Source: Halarcobacter sp. (GTDB lineage: Bacteria; Campylobacterota; Campylobacteria; Campylobacterales; Arcobacteraceae). From it: a stretch of DNA of 64,000 bases. Below are positions 29,117 through 38,988 of the stretch, piece by piece. The stretch is from contig CP182352.1 in assembly GCA_048571215.1 (NCBI GenBank), positions 1,312,001-1,376,000 on the forward strand. Direction: 5' to 3'. The position numbers and the translations under genes are program-made. Under the pieces are notes generated by a model, which saw nothing but the letters and a program-made list of their open reading frames with translations, did not search any database and was not told the DNA's origin. Numbering within the stretch: the first letter of the stretch is position 1; each line of letters begins with the position of its first letter.

Positions 29117-29854
29117 ATGGTTAATTATATATTATTTGATACAGAAACTACAGGAAATCAAGAAGAGGATAGAGTTATCCAATTTGGAGCAATGATTGTG
29201 AACCAACAAGGTAAAGTTGAGTGTTATGATGAATTTTGTTCAAGTGATGTTGAGATTAAACTTGAAGCTATGGAAGTACATAATATCACTTCTGATTTAA
29301 TAGAAGGGAAACCTAAAGCTGTTGAAACAAGTTTTTATAAAAAACTTGAGGAGTTGAATTCACCTCAAAACTATCTAATAGCTCATAATATCTCTTTTGA
29401 TTTAGGGATGATACAAAAAGAAGGGTTTGTAAACTCTTATCAACTAATTGATACTTTAAGATGTGCTAAACATCTATTTCCAGAACTTCCTTACCATAGG
29501 TTACAATATATTAGATATGCTTTAGAACTATATAAAACAGAAGCACAAGAAGCTGCTAAACATAATATAACTATAAAAGCTCATGATGCAATTGGAGACG
29601 TCTTAGTTATGAAGCTATTTTTATCTAAACTTGTAACAAAATGTAGAGAGATCTATCCAGATTATAATCCTATGGAAAAATTAGCTGATTTAACCAAAAC
29701 ACCAGTTCTTATTAAAACCTTTAGATTTGGTAAATATAAAGGTAAAGATATTGCTCAAGTTGCCCTTGAAGATGCTGGATATCTAAACTGGATGAGAACA
29801 AATATGGACTTAGATGAAGACTTAAAATATACTCTTGACAAGGTTTTAGGATAA
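29117..29854 (+). CDS. DEDDh 3'-5' exonuclease (ExoX/DnaQ-like)
   Basis: DTETTG, AHNISFD, IDTL, AHDAIGD; C-terminal FGKYKG module. Confidence 0.9.
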   Translation: MVNYILFDTETTGNQEEDRVIQFGAMIVNQQGKVECYDEFCSSDVEIKLEAMEVHNITSDLIEGKPKAVETSFYKKLEELNSPQNYLIAHNISFDLGMIQKEGFVNSYQLIDTLRCAKHLFPELPYHRLQYIRYALELYKTEAQEAAKHNITIKAHDAIGDVLVMKLFLSKLVTKCREIYPDYNPMEKLADLTKTPVLIKTFRFGKYKGKDIAQVALEDAGYLNWMRTNMDLDEDLKYTLDKVLG

Positions 29855-29923
29855 TTTTATTCAATTACATAAAAATCTCATTAAAATTTAAATATAATTA
29901 CAAAATTTTAGAAAAAGGTTTAT

Positions 29924-31261
29924 ATGGTGAATAAATTCTCACGAATTGGATTTATTTTAGCAGCAGCTGGTTCTGCTGTTGGACTTGGTAATATTTGGAA
30001 GTTTCCTTATATTGCAGGAGAGTATGGTGGAGGTGCTTTTGTACTAATTTACCTTGTTGCCATTTTGTTTATTGGGCTTACTGTATTTCTTGCAGAAGCT
30101 GTGATTGGTCAAAGTGGGCAAGCAAATGTATCAACTTCATTTGTAAATATATCAAAATCTAAAAATCCAAATTGGAAATTAGCTGGTTTTATGGTTGCAA
30201 CAGGATTGATTATTTTATCTTTTTATTCTGTTGTTTTAGGTTGGATTTTAAATTATGTTATAACTTCATTTGATACATTACCTACAAAAGCGGAAATTGC
30301 TGGTGCAAAATTTGAAAACTTAATTTCAAATGATATTGGTACTCTTTTGATTTATCATACTTTGATTGCTGGTTCTGTAGTTTTTATTGTATTAAAAGGG
30401 ATTAAAGAGGGGATTGAAAAAATCAATTTGATATTGATGCCTTTATTGGGATTAATATTAATAGGTCTTTTAATTTATGCCTTAACACTTGATTCTTTTT
30501 CTCAAGCAGTATCTTTTATGTTTAGTCCTGATTTTAGTAAAATTGATGGGAATGCTTTATTGGCTGCACTAGGACAAGCCTTTTTTACTTTATCACTTGG
30601 TGTGGGTACGATTTTAACATATTCTGCATCATTACCCCAAGAGACTAATTTTGTTAAATCATCTTTTTATGTAGCAGCAGTTGATACAACAATTGCAATT
30701 ATTGCAGGATTGATCATCTTTTCTTTTCTTTTTGAAGCAGGAGCCCCAAGTGCTGCTGGACCTGGTTTAGTATTTATCTCTCTTCCAGTTATCTTCTCAG
30801 GATGGGGAATATTAGGTCATATAATTGCCGTATCGTTTTTTGTTGCTTTAGTTTTTGCAGGAATTACATCAGCTGTTTCAATGATTGAGCCTTCACTTAG
30901 ATTTTTTATTGAAAGATTTAAAATAACAAGGGGAAAAGCTACAATTATTTGTGGTTCAATTTTTTACATTTTAGGTATTGTTGCCTTACTTTCTATGTCA
31001 AAAACATATGGGGAAGAGTTAACTTTTTTTGGAAAAAATGCCTTTGATATTATGGATTTTATGACTTCATCAGTTATGATGCCCCTTGCAGCAATTTTAA
31101 CTTGCGTATTTTTAGGGTATTTTGTTGATAAAAAATTTTTAGAAGAAAAATTCTTAGCACACTGTTCATCAAGTGTTTTTAATACTTGGTATTTTTTAAT
31201 TAGATTTGTTGTTCCTATTGCTATTGTAATTTTATTATTAAATAAATTAGGAGCTATTTAG
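29924..31261 (+). CDS. Sodium-dependent transporter (NSS/SNF family)
   Basis: GSAVGLGNIWKFPY, QAFFTLSLG, GPGLVF. Confidence 0.95.
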   Translation: MVNKFSRIGFILAAAGSAVGLGNIWKFPYIAGEYGGGAFVLIYLVAILFIGLTVFLAEAVIGQSGQANVSTSFVNISKSKNPNWKLAGFMVATGLIILSFYSVVLGWILNYVITSFDTLPTKAEIAGAKFENLISNDIGTLLIYHTLIAGSVVFIVLKGIKEGIEKINLILMPLLGLILIGLLIYALTLDSFSQAVSFMFSPDFSKIDGNALLAALGQAFFTLSLGVGTILTYSASLPQETNFVKSSFYVAAVDTTIAIIAGLIIFSFLFEAGAPSAAGPGLVFISLPVIFSGWGILGHIIAVSFFVALVFAGITSAVSMIEPSLRFFIERFKITRGKATIICGSIFYILGIVALLSMSKTYGEELTFFGKNAFDIMDFMTSSVMMPLAAILTCVFLGYFVDKKFLEEKFLAHCSSSVFNTWYFLIRFVVPIAIVILLLNKLGAI

Positions 31262-32599
31262 ATGAAAACAGGGTTTTCAAGAGTTGGATTTATTTTAGCA
31301 GCAGCAGGATCTGCTGTTGGTCTTGGTAATATTTGGAAATTTCCCTATGTAACAGGGGAAAATGGTGGAGGAGCTTTTGTAATTCTGTATTTGTTAGCTA
31401 TTGTTTTTATTGGTCTAACAATTTTTATTGCAGAATCGTATATAGGTAGAGAATCAAGAGCAAATGCAGCAGCTGCTTATCAGATTGTTTCAAAATCAAA
31501 AAACAAAAACTGGAGATGGGCAGGATTTCAAATATTTTCTGGAATTGTGATTTTATCTTTTTATGCTTTTATTATTGGTTGGATTTTAAATTATATTATT
31601 ATATCTTTTACAGGACTTCCAACAACTTTAAAAGAGGCTCAAACAGTATTTACAACCTTAATTACTGAAAAAATAGGATTACAAATTTTATTTCATACTA
31701 TTGTTACTGCAACAGTGATTTATATTATTTTAAAAGGTGTAAAAAATGGTATTGAAAAATTAAATTTAATCTTAATGCCTTTACTTGCAATTATTCTTTT
31801 TGGTTTATTAGCATACTCTTTTACCCTTGATTCTTTTTCAAAAGCTTTAGAGTTTATGTTCATGCCTGACTGGTCAAAAATAGATGAAAATGCGATTTTA
31901 GCAGCTGTTGGACAAGCATTTTTTACATTGTCTCTTGGTATGGCTATTATTATCACCTATTCTGCTTCTATGGCAAAAGATGGAAACTTTATAAAATCTT
32001 CTATAATGGTTGCTATAGTTGATACTGCTGTTGCACTAGTTGCAGGAGTAATCATCTTCTCTTTCCTATTTGCAGCAGGTGCAAAAAGTACAGCAGGACC
32101 TGGTCTTGTATTTATATCATTGCCATTAATATTTGGTGGATGGGGAATATTTGGGCAAATTGTTGCTTTGGCTTTTTTTGTAGCTTTATTATTTGCAGGT
32201 ATTACATCAGCAGTATCACTACTAGAACCACCATTAATGTATTTAATGGAAACATATAAAATAACAAGAAAAAAAGCAACTGTAATTGCTGGATCGTTTT
32301 TTTATATTTTAGGTATTTTTGCTTTATTATCAATGAGTAAAGATTATGGTTCTTTATTAACTTTCTTTGATAAAAATTTATTTGATTGGTTAGACTATTT
32401 GACATCTTCTATAGCTATGCCAATATCAGGATTTATAACTTGTATCTTCTTAGGTTTCTTTACAGATACAAACAGATTAAAACAAATCTTTACAAAATAT
32501 GTTCCAGAAACTATATTTAAGATTTGGTTGATTTTAGTAAGATTTATTGTACCTATTGCAATTGTTTTATTGTTTTTAAATAAACTTGGAGTGATTTAA
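31262..32599 (+). CDS. Sodium-dependent transporter (NSS/SNF family), tandem paralog
   Basis: Same motifs and same length (445 aa) as the upstream gene. Confidence 0.95.
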   Translation: MKTGFSRVGFILAAAGSAVGLGNIWKFPYVTGENGGGAFVILYLLAIVFIGLTIFIAESYIGRESRANAAAAYQIVSKSKNKNWRWAGFQIFSGIVILSFYAFIIGWILNYIIISFTGLPTTLKEAQTVFTTLITEKIGLQILFHTIVTATVIYIILKGVKNGIEKLNLILMPLLAIILFGLLAYSFTLDSFSKALEFMFMPDWSKIDENAILAAVGQAFFTLSLGMAIIITYSASMAKDGNFIKSSIMVAIVDTAVALVAGVIIFSFLFAAGAKSTAGPGLVFISLPLIFGGWGIFGQIVALAFFVALLFAGITSAVSLLEPPLMYLMETYKITRKKATVIAGSFFYILGIFALLSMSKDYGSLLTFFDKNLFDWLDYLTSSIAMPISGFITCIFLGFFTDTNRLKQIFTKYVPETIFKIWLILVRFIVPIAIVLLFLNKLGVI

Positions 32600-32602
32600 A
32601 AA

Positions 32603-32633
32603 AAGAAGTTAGGCTTTTTTAGCCTAGCTTCTT
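32603..32633. terminator. Probable bidirectional intrinsic terminator
   Basis: AAGAAGTTAGGCT-TTTTT-AGCCTAGCTTCTT hairpin between convergent genes. Confidence 0.7.
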
Positions 32634-33907
32634 CTAAAACTTCTTTTTGCATCTCTTTTTGTTGTTTTTTTAGATTTAGCACCAGTTTTTACAGGTTCTT
32701 TAGATCCTGTAGTTTTTCCTTTTTTTTCACTAAGTTTTTTCTTTTTTTGAATTTTTTGTCTTGGTTGTCTATCTTTTAGTGGAAAGTCATCATGTATATA
32801 TCTTTTTACACTTAGTTTTAGGTTTCTTTCTATTTTAGTAAAACTATTATAATCTTCAACCGTAAGTATAGTTATAACCTTACCATCATTTCCAGCTCTT
32901 CCTGTTCGCCCTACCCTATGGGTAAAATCATCAGTTGATTCGGGTAAAGTATAGTTTATCACTAAAGGTAGTTGTTTTATATCAATACCTCTTGCAGCTA
33001 TATCAGTTGCAATCAGAAGTTTAACTTTTGCACTTTTGAAGTCTTTGATAGCTTGTACCCTATCTTTATACTCAATACCACCATGGATAGTAGCTGTTTT
33101 TATACCTTGGTCTTCAAAATATTTTGATGCTAAATCTGCACTATCTTTTTTGTTTATGAACATTAGTACTTGATTATAACCTGATTCTTTTACCAATGTT
33201 GCTACTAACTCTTTTTTCTTTTTAACATCTACCTTATAAGCTTGATGTTCAATCATCTCAACCTTATCTCTTCTATCATGTATTTGAACTGTAACAGGAT
33301 CTTTTAAAAACTCTTTTGCCAGTTTTCTGATATTTTGTGAGATAGTTGCAGAACACATAATAATTTGTCTATAGGGAGAACATAAAGAAAATATTGTTTC
33401 AATCTCTTTTAAAAATCCCATTTCAAGCATAGTATCTGCTTCATCTAAAACTACAAAGTTTACGCTACTTAAATCTATAGTTTCTTGTTCATCTAAATCA
33501 AGTAATCTTCCAGGCGTTGCAACAACTATATCAATACCAGTTGCTAATACCTCTTCTTGTTTACTTTTAGATACTCCACCCATTACTTTTGTATGTTTTA
33601 CTTTTAAGAATCTTCCTAGTTCTGAAAGATTTTTTGATACTTGCTCTACAAGTTCCCTTGTGGGTACAATAATTAAACCTCTTAAAACTCTATGTTTATA
33701 GTTTAAATTACCATTTATTTTATGTAACATTGGCAAGATATATGCTGCAGTTTTTCCTGTACCAGACTTTGATGCTGCTATTACATCAATCTTTTTATTA
33801 ACTATTGGTATAACTTTTCTTTGAATAGCAGTTGGTGTAGTGTAGTTTAATTCTTCAATCGCTTTTAGTATTGGTTCACTTAAGCTTAATTCTTCGAACT
33901 TATTGAT
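32624..33907 (-). CDS. DEAD-box RNA helicase (RhlE-like)
   Basis: PTREL, TPGRL, DEAD, SAT, ARGID, HRVGRTGRAG. The Q motif (FEELSL..PTAIQ) and motif I (SGTGKT) lie upstream of the track's start; start placed at ATC 33907. Confidence 0.92.
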   Translation of the reverse strand: MNKFEELSLSEPILKAIEELNYTTPTAIQRKVIPIVNKKIDVIAASKSGTGKTAAYILPMLHKINGNLNYKHRVLRGLIIVPTRELVEQVSKNLSELGRFLKVKHTKVMGGVSKSKQEEVLATGIDIVVATPGRLLDLDEQETIDLSSVNFVVLDEADTMLEMGFLKEIETIFSLCSPYRQIIMCSATISQNIRKLAKEFLKDPVTVQIHDRRDKVEMIEHQAYKVDVKKKKELVATLVKESGYNQVLMFINKKDSADLASKYFEDQGIKTATIHGGIEYKDRVQAIKDFKSAKVKLLIATDIAARGIDIKQLPLVINYTLPESTDDFTHRVGRTGRAGNDGKVITILTVEDYNSFTKIERNLKLSVKRYIHDDFPLKDRQPRQKIQKKKKLSEKKGKTTGSKEPVKTGAKSKKTTKRDAKRSFRRS

Positions 33908-33918
33908 AATATTTCCTT

Positions 33919-34245
33919 TTAAAATATACCTGACATGATCTCATCGTCAAGGTATGCATCTATTTTTTCAATTAATTTTTCATAAGGTATTTTACCATTT
34001 TTATTAAATAGTACAATCTCTTCTCCAAAATCATCTCTTATATAATTTTCTTCTTTTTTAACTTTTTCATAAAGTTTTTTTATATCATCAGCTGAATCTA
34101 TTGCATTATACAAAAACCAGTTTGCTGTAGTTTCATCAACTCTTATTAGTCCATATGTCTTTTCATCGTCAATATAGTCTTGTATTGTTCCATTTTCAAA
34201 CCTAGCACCTACAACTAAATCATTTTCATTTAAAATCATTTCCAT
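33919..34245 (-). CDS. Hypothetical acidic protein (108 aa)
   Basis: ORF with an upstream AAGGG; no family recognised. Confidence 0.7.
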   Translation of the reverse strand: MEMILNENDLVVGARFENGTIQDYIDDEKTYGLIRVDETTANWFLYNAIDSADDIKKLYEKVKKEENYIRDDFGEEIVLFNKNGKIPYEKLIEKIDAYLDDEIMSGIF

Positions 34246-34317
34246 TAAAAACCCTTTTGATTGCGCAATAATAGCAAGATTTTAATTAAAGGTAAAAAAT
34301 TATAGAATACTAACTAT

Positions 34318-35472
34318 ATGAAAAAAGCAATTTTAATCCTAATAATTTTTATATTTACAGGTTGTACTGTTCAAGATGCATACAATATAACAACAGCAGC
34401 TATAAACAAAAACCCCTCTTTGGCTTTTAAATCTCTAGCAAAATCAAAAGCAATAAACTATACACTAAATCCAAAAAGATTAATCAGTGATTTAAAATCC
34501 TTATCTTCTCTTATTGAGAATGTTGACATAATTTGGGGTAAAAATAATAGAAAAGTTCCTAAACAAAAAGAGTATGTTAAATATATGCAAAACTACAAAA
34601 GTAGAGCTTATATTGATTTTGATAGTGGTATAGTTACCGTTGAAACAATAGATGAAAAAAATATTTTAAAAAGTTTGCAAAATGCAATTGTGACAACTTT
34701 ACTTTTGCCTGATGATCCAAGAGCTTTTGACCTTTTTGGCTCAAGCGAAGTAAAACTTGGTAAAACTCCATATTTATACAATGAAGTTAAAGATGATCAA
34801 AATAAAGCAATAAGATATGAATGGCGAGCAAATAGATACGCAAAGATTTTAATCTAAAAAAATCTAAAAAAAAGAGTTATAAAAAATAAAAATAAAACTA
34901 TAAATATATCTTACGTAAAGATACCTATGGTTAAAGATCATGCCTCAATAAGAGTTGCAAAGTTTAAACCTTTTGTTAAAAAGTTTGCAAAAACTTATAA
35001 TATAAGTGAAAATCTAATCTATGCAATAATAAGAACAGAAAGTAATTTTAATCAATTTGCCATAAGTAACGCAGGAGCTATTGGTTTGATGCAAATAGTG
35101 CCAACAAGTGCTGGAAGAGATGCTTATAGATATGCGAAAGGAAAAAGTTGGACCCCAAGTAGTTCCTATCTTTTTGATGCAAATAACAATATAGAATTAG
35201 GGGTAGCCTATTTAAAACTTTTAAACTCAAAATATCTTTATGGTATACATAATGATGTATCAAAAGAGTACTGTGTAATTAGCGCCTATAATACAGGGAG
35301 TTCAAATGTTTTAAAAACATTTTCATCAAATAGGTATAAAGCTATATCTTCAATAAACAAAAAAACTCCAGCCCAAGTTTATCAAAGATTGAGAAACAGT
35401 TTACCATATGTAGAAACTAGAAGATATTTAAAAAAAGTGTTAACTTATAAAAAAGATTTTGTAAAATTATAA
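34318..35472 (+). pseudogene. mltC: MltC-like lytic murein transglycosylase (DUF3393 + SLT) interrupted by an in-frame TAA at 34855..34857
   Basis: FTGC lipobox and YVKY...SRA.IDFD.G N-terminal domain, then in the same frame ESNFN, GLMQ, AYNTG, ETRRY of the SLT domain. Confidence 0.85.
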
Positions 35473-35548
35473 GAAATTTATAACTTATAGACTTATTTTT
35501 AATCTTATTTAAATATAATATAAATATATTAAATTTTAGAGGTTATAA

Positions 35549-36718
35549 ATGATTAAGTTTCAATTTACAGGTTCAGCAATTGAGTATTTTAAAATTTGGA
35601 TTGTAAATACACTTTTGACGATAGTTACATTTGGTATTTATTACCCTTGGGCAAAGGTTAGAAACAATCGATATCTTTATGCAAACAGTATTTTAGATGG
35701 TAAAAATTTTGAGTATCATGCAACGGGGAAACAGCTTTTTATCGGTTATTTGATAGCTGCATCAATGTTTATACTCTATAATATATTAAATAGTTTATTT
35801 CCTATATTAAATATATTTTTTGTACTGCTGTTTTTTATAGTATTACCTTGGCTTATGTTAAAAGCTATGAAATTCAATCTTTTTGTTACAAGTTTCAATA
35901 ACATAAGATTTGATTTTGAAGGGGAATTAAAAGAATCTTATCTCGTATTTTTGCTTTTACCATTTATTGGATTTATTATTTGTACTTTACCTTTTATATT
36001 ACTTGGTTTCTTTCGTGGTTCAGGGATTTGGTTTATAATCGCTTTTTTATTTACTATAGCTTTATATATACTTGTATTTTCATATTTTAATGTAGTAAAA
36101 AATAGATTTTTTATAGATTTTACTAAATATGGAAAAACAAATTTTGATACCACTTTAGATACTCCTGAATTTATAAAAATAGTTTTTAAAACTGTTAGCT
36201 TAGGATTATTTAGCTTTCTACTTAGTTGTATAATTGTTTCAGCACTTTATTATATTTTTGGAGATATGGAAAAGTTTAATTTTATAATTTCTTTATTTAA
36301 ATCAGATCCCAAAAATGCAATGCTTATGATGTTTCAGCTTTTGTCTGCCTTTTTAGTAGTGTTTTATATCTTTTTTATATTTACTAGTATAATTGTATAT
36401 GCCTACTATAATGTAAAAAAAAGAGAATATTTATTTGCAAATACTACTTTTGACAAAAAAATAAGTTTTGAATCAACTATGAAGTTTTTACCATATGCAT
36501 ATATTTTGATTACTAATTTTTTACTAACAATTGTTACTTTAGGTTTTGCTTATCCTTTAGCAAAGGTTAGAGTTACAAGATATACTTTAGAAAATAGTAT
36601 TATAAATATAAAAAAAGATGATTTTAGTAACTATTATTCCTCTAACCTATCGTCACAATCAGCTATAGCAGATCAAGTTAGCGATGTCTTTGATGTGGGA
36701 ATTGGGATACCTTTTTAA
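35549..36718 (+). CDS. YjgN (DUF898) family membrane protein
   Basis: FTGSAIEYFKIWIVN.LLTIVTFGIY.PWAKVR. Confidence 0.9.
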   Translation: MIKFQFTGSAIEYFKIWIVNTLLTIVTFGIYYPWAKVRNNRYLYANSILDGKNFEYHATGKQLFIGYLIAASMFILYNILNSLFPILNIFFVLLFFIVLPWLMLKAMKFNLFVTSFNNIRFDFEGELKESYLVFLLLPFIGFIICTLPFILLGFFRGSGIWFIIAFLFTIALYILVFSYFNVVKNRFFIDFTKYGKTNFDTTLDTPEFIKIVFKTVSLGLFSFLLSCIIVSALYYIFGDMEKFNFIISLFKSDPKNAMLMMFQLLSAFLVVFYIFFIFTSIIVYAYYNVKKREYLFANTTFDKKISFESTMKFLPYAYILITNFLLTIVTLGFAYPLAKVRVTRYTLENSIINIKKDDFSNYYSSNLSSQSAIADQVSDVFDVGIGIPF

Positions 36719-36720
36719 TC

Positions 36721-37773
36721 ATGATAAAAGGTTTTTTATACGAAAAATACAGTTCTTCTTCCATTGAAGTATTATTAGAAGTAGATGATAGTAGCTATTT
36801 AATCAAAAATGGAAAAGAAATCATAACTTCAGGGAGTATATCAAATCTTGTAATTAGCTCTAGATTAGGTAATGTACAAAGGAAAATAACTTTAGAGGAT
36901 GGAAGACTTTTTAGTACAGAAGAGAATGATTTGGTTGATGACTTACTTTTGGACAAAAACAGTTTATTGCATAAGTTAGAATCAAACTTACTTTTGATTT
37001 TTTTCTCACTAATTTTTTCTATAGCTATTGGGTACTCTTTTATAGTTTATGGTATCCCCTATTCAAGTAAAAAAATTGCATTTGCACTCCCTGTAGACTT
37101 AAATAAAAGTATTTCAAACACACTTTTAAAGACCTTAGATGAGAATTTTTTACATCAATCATTTCTAGATGAGGCTAAAAAAAATAAAATAAAAGATTTA
37201 TTTGAAAAAAAAGTTTTAAAAAATATAAATAATGAAGAGAATTTTGATTATAAAATACATTTTAGAAATATAATAATTTCAAATAAAAGTATTGCCAATG
37301 CCTTTGCTTTACCAAATGGAGATATTATATTAAGTGATGCTTTTATAAAACTTGCGAAGAATGAAGAGGAGATTGAAGCAGTTATATACCATGAAATTGG
37401 TCATATAAAAAATAGACATACCCTACAAAGTATAATTCAAAGGAGTTTTGTAGCTTTTATTGGGATGTATTTAACAGGTGATGTAAGTATGTCTTCTGAT
37501 TTGATTCTTGGTTTTGGAACATTGTTTATAAATACAAGTTACTCAAGGGAACATGAACAAGAATCAGATATTTATGCTCTAAATAAGATGTTACAAATAG
37601 GTATAAATCCAAAATACCTAGCTGATATATTAAGCAAGTTATCAAAAAATGATAAAAAGGAAAAAAAACCATTTCTTGATTTATTTTCTACTCATCCAAC
37701 AACAAAACAAAGAGTTAAACTAATAAATAAATATACCTATTGTTATAATAAAAAGATTTATCCTTGTAAATAA
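36721..37773 (+). CDS. M48 family metallopeptidase
   Basis: NAFALPNG, HEIGH, YSREHE..SD, STHP; usual partner of YjgN. Confidence 0.9.
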   Translation: MIKGFLYEKYSSSSIEVLLEVDDSSYLIKNGKEIITSGSISNLVISSRLGNVQRKITLEDGRLFSTEENDLVDDLLLDKNSLLHKLESNLLLIFFSLIFSIAIGYSFIVYGIPYSSKKIAFALPVDLNKSISNTLLKTLDENFLHQSFLDEAKKNKIKDLFEKKVLKNINNEENFDYKIHFRNIIISNKSIANAFALPNGDIILSDAFIKLAKNEEEIEAVIYHEIGHIKNRHTLQSIIQRSFVAFIGMYLTGDVSMSSDLILGFGTLFINTSYSREHEQESDIYALNKMLQIGINPKYLADILSKLSKNDKKEKKPFLDLFSTHPTTKQRVKLINKYTYCYNKKIYPCK

Positions 37774-37777
37774 AATC

Positions 37778-38839
37778 CTATTGCCCGCATAATACTGTTG
37801 CTTGAAACTCTTCAAATCTTTTTTCTTGAATAAGAAGTTTTTCTTCTAAAATAGCATTTCTTTTTTTCATATCATACAATTCAAATAAAAGTTTTTGAGC
37901 ATTATTTACATTTTCATCCACTTGTAATTGTAATCTTTGTGCCAATTTTGTGTAGTGACAATTGTCTTTTCTCAATTCAGAGTTTGTTTTAAAGTTTTGA
38001 CTTTTTAGTAAAAGAATATGTTTTTTTAGTGCTAAAATCTCATTTTCATATTTTGATATCAAAGTAGAAAACTCAATATATTTTTTTATTTTTCCATTAT
38101 TATAAAAAATTGGTAAAATTGTTGAATGAGTATAATAAAAAGTACCATTTTTAGAAATTTTTTTGCTTAAACCTACCCAGGATTTACCATTTTTTAACAA
38201 TTGCTTTATTTTTATAATAGGTATTTCACTATTACTGTGTAATAACTCATCATAAAACTCTTTTCCAATTAGATCATCTAACATAAAGCCTGAATTCGCC
38301 AAAAAAGAATCATTTGCAGTAGTGATATTAAAGTTTAAATCAAGCTCACAAATGATGTTATAAGAGTCTAAAATAGACATAAACTGTCTTAACTCATTGT
38401 TTTTTACTGCTAATTCTTTTTTTTGTAATTTTTTTTGCATTATTTTAGAGATGATTTTTAATGTTGTATTTAATTGAATAGGTTTTACTATATAGTTTGA
38501 GATATTAAATTTAATAGCTTTTAATAGTATATCCATATCACTAAAGGAGGATGAGATTAAAATAGGTATTTCCCAATCTAGTTTCCTAACTACAGAAAGT
38601 ATTTCTATACAACTTTCATCAGCTAAATCTATGCTTGTTAAAATAACATCAATATCAACCCTATTTTCAACAAAACTTTTTATAGCTTCTTCTGAACTAT
38701 TTACAGCAATAACTTTTTTAAAAAAACCTGTAAAAATCTCATAAGCTTCTTGTCGAACTTTATTGTCATCCTCAATAAATAATATAGTTGCTTCATTTAA
38801 ATAATTTTTATTAAAAGTACATACTAATGGATTAGACAC
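37778..38839 (-). CDS. Atypical receiver + PAS + coiled-coil protein
   Basis: LFIEDD, YIVKP receiver; PAS/PAC (ANDSF, KNGTFYY); phosphoacceptor position reads LTSID. Confidence 0.8.
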   Translation of the reverse strand: MSNPLVCTFNKNYLNEATILFIEDDNKVRQEAYEIFTGFFKKVIAVNSSEEAIKSFVENRVDIDVILTSIDLADESCIEILSVVRKLDWEIPILISSSFSDMDILLKAIKFNISNYIVKPIQLNTTLKIISKIMQKKLQKKELAVKNNELRQFMSILDSYNIICELDLNFNITTANDSFLANSGFMLDDLIGKEFYDELLHSNSEIPIIKIKQLLKNGKSWVGLSKKISKNGTFYYTHSTILPIFYNNGKIKKYIEFSTLISKYENEILALKKHILLLKSQNFKTNSELRKDNCHYTKLAQRLQLQVDENVNNAQKLLFELYDMKKRNAILEEKLLIQEKRFEEFQATVLCGQ

Positions 38840-38988
38840 GATATACTCCTACTTTTTTAAATATTAAATTATATATAAGACATAAAATAATTTTAATATT
38901 TAATTATAGTATAAGTTTAATAATTTTTTATTAAGTTTAGCTAAAATATAAAAATTCATTTGTATATTATTTATACTTTTTATAAAAA

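Noticed and set aside
34927..35472. Independent SLT gene
   Set aside because: In frame with the upstream MltC N-terminal half and lacks its own clear RBS or signal peptide.
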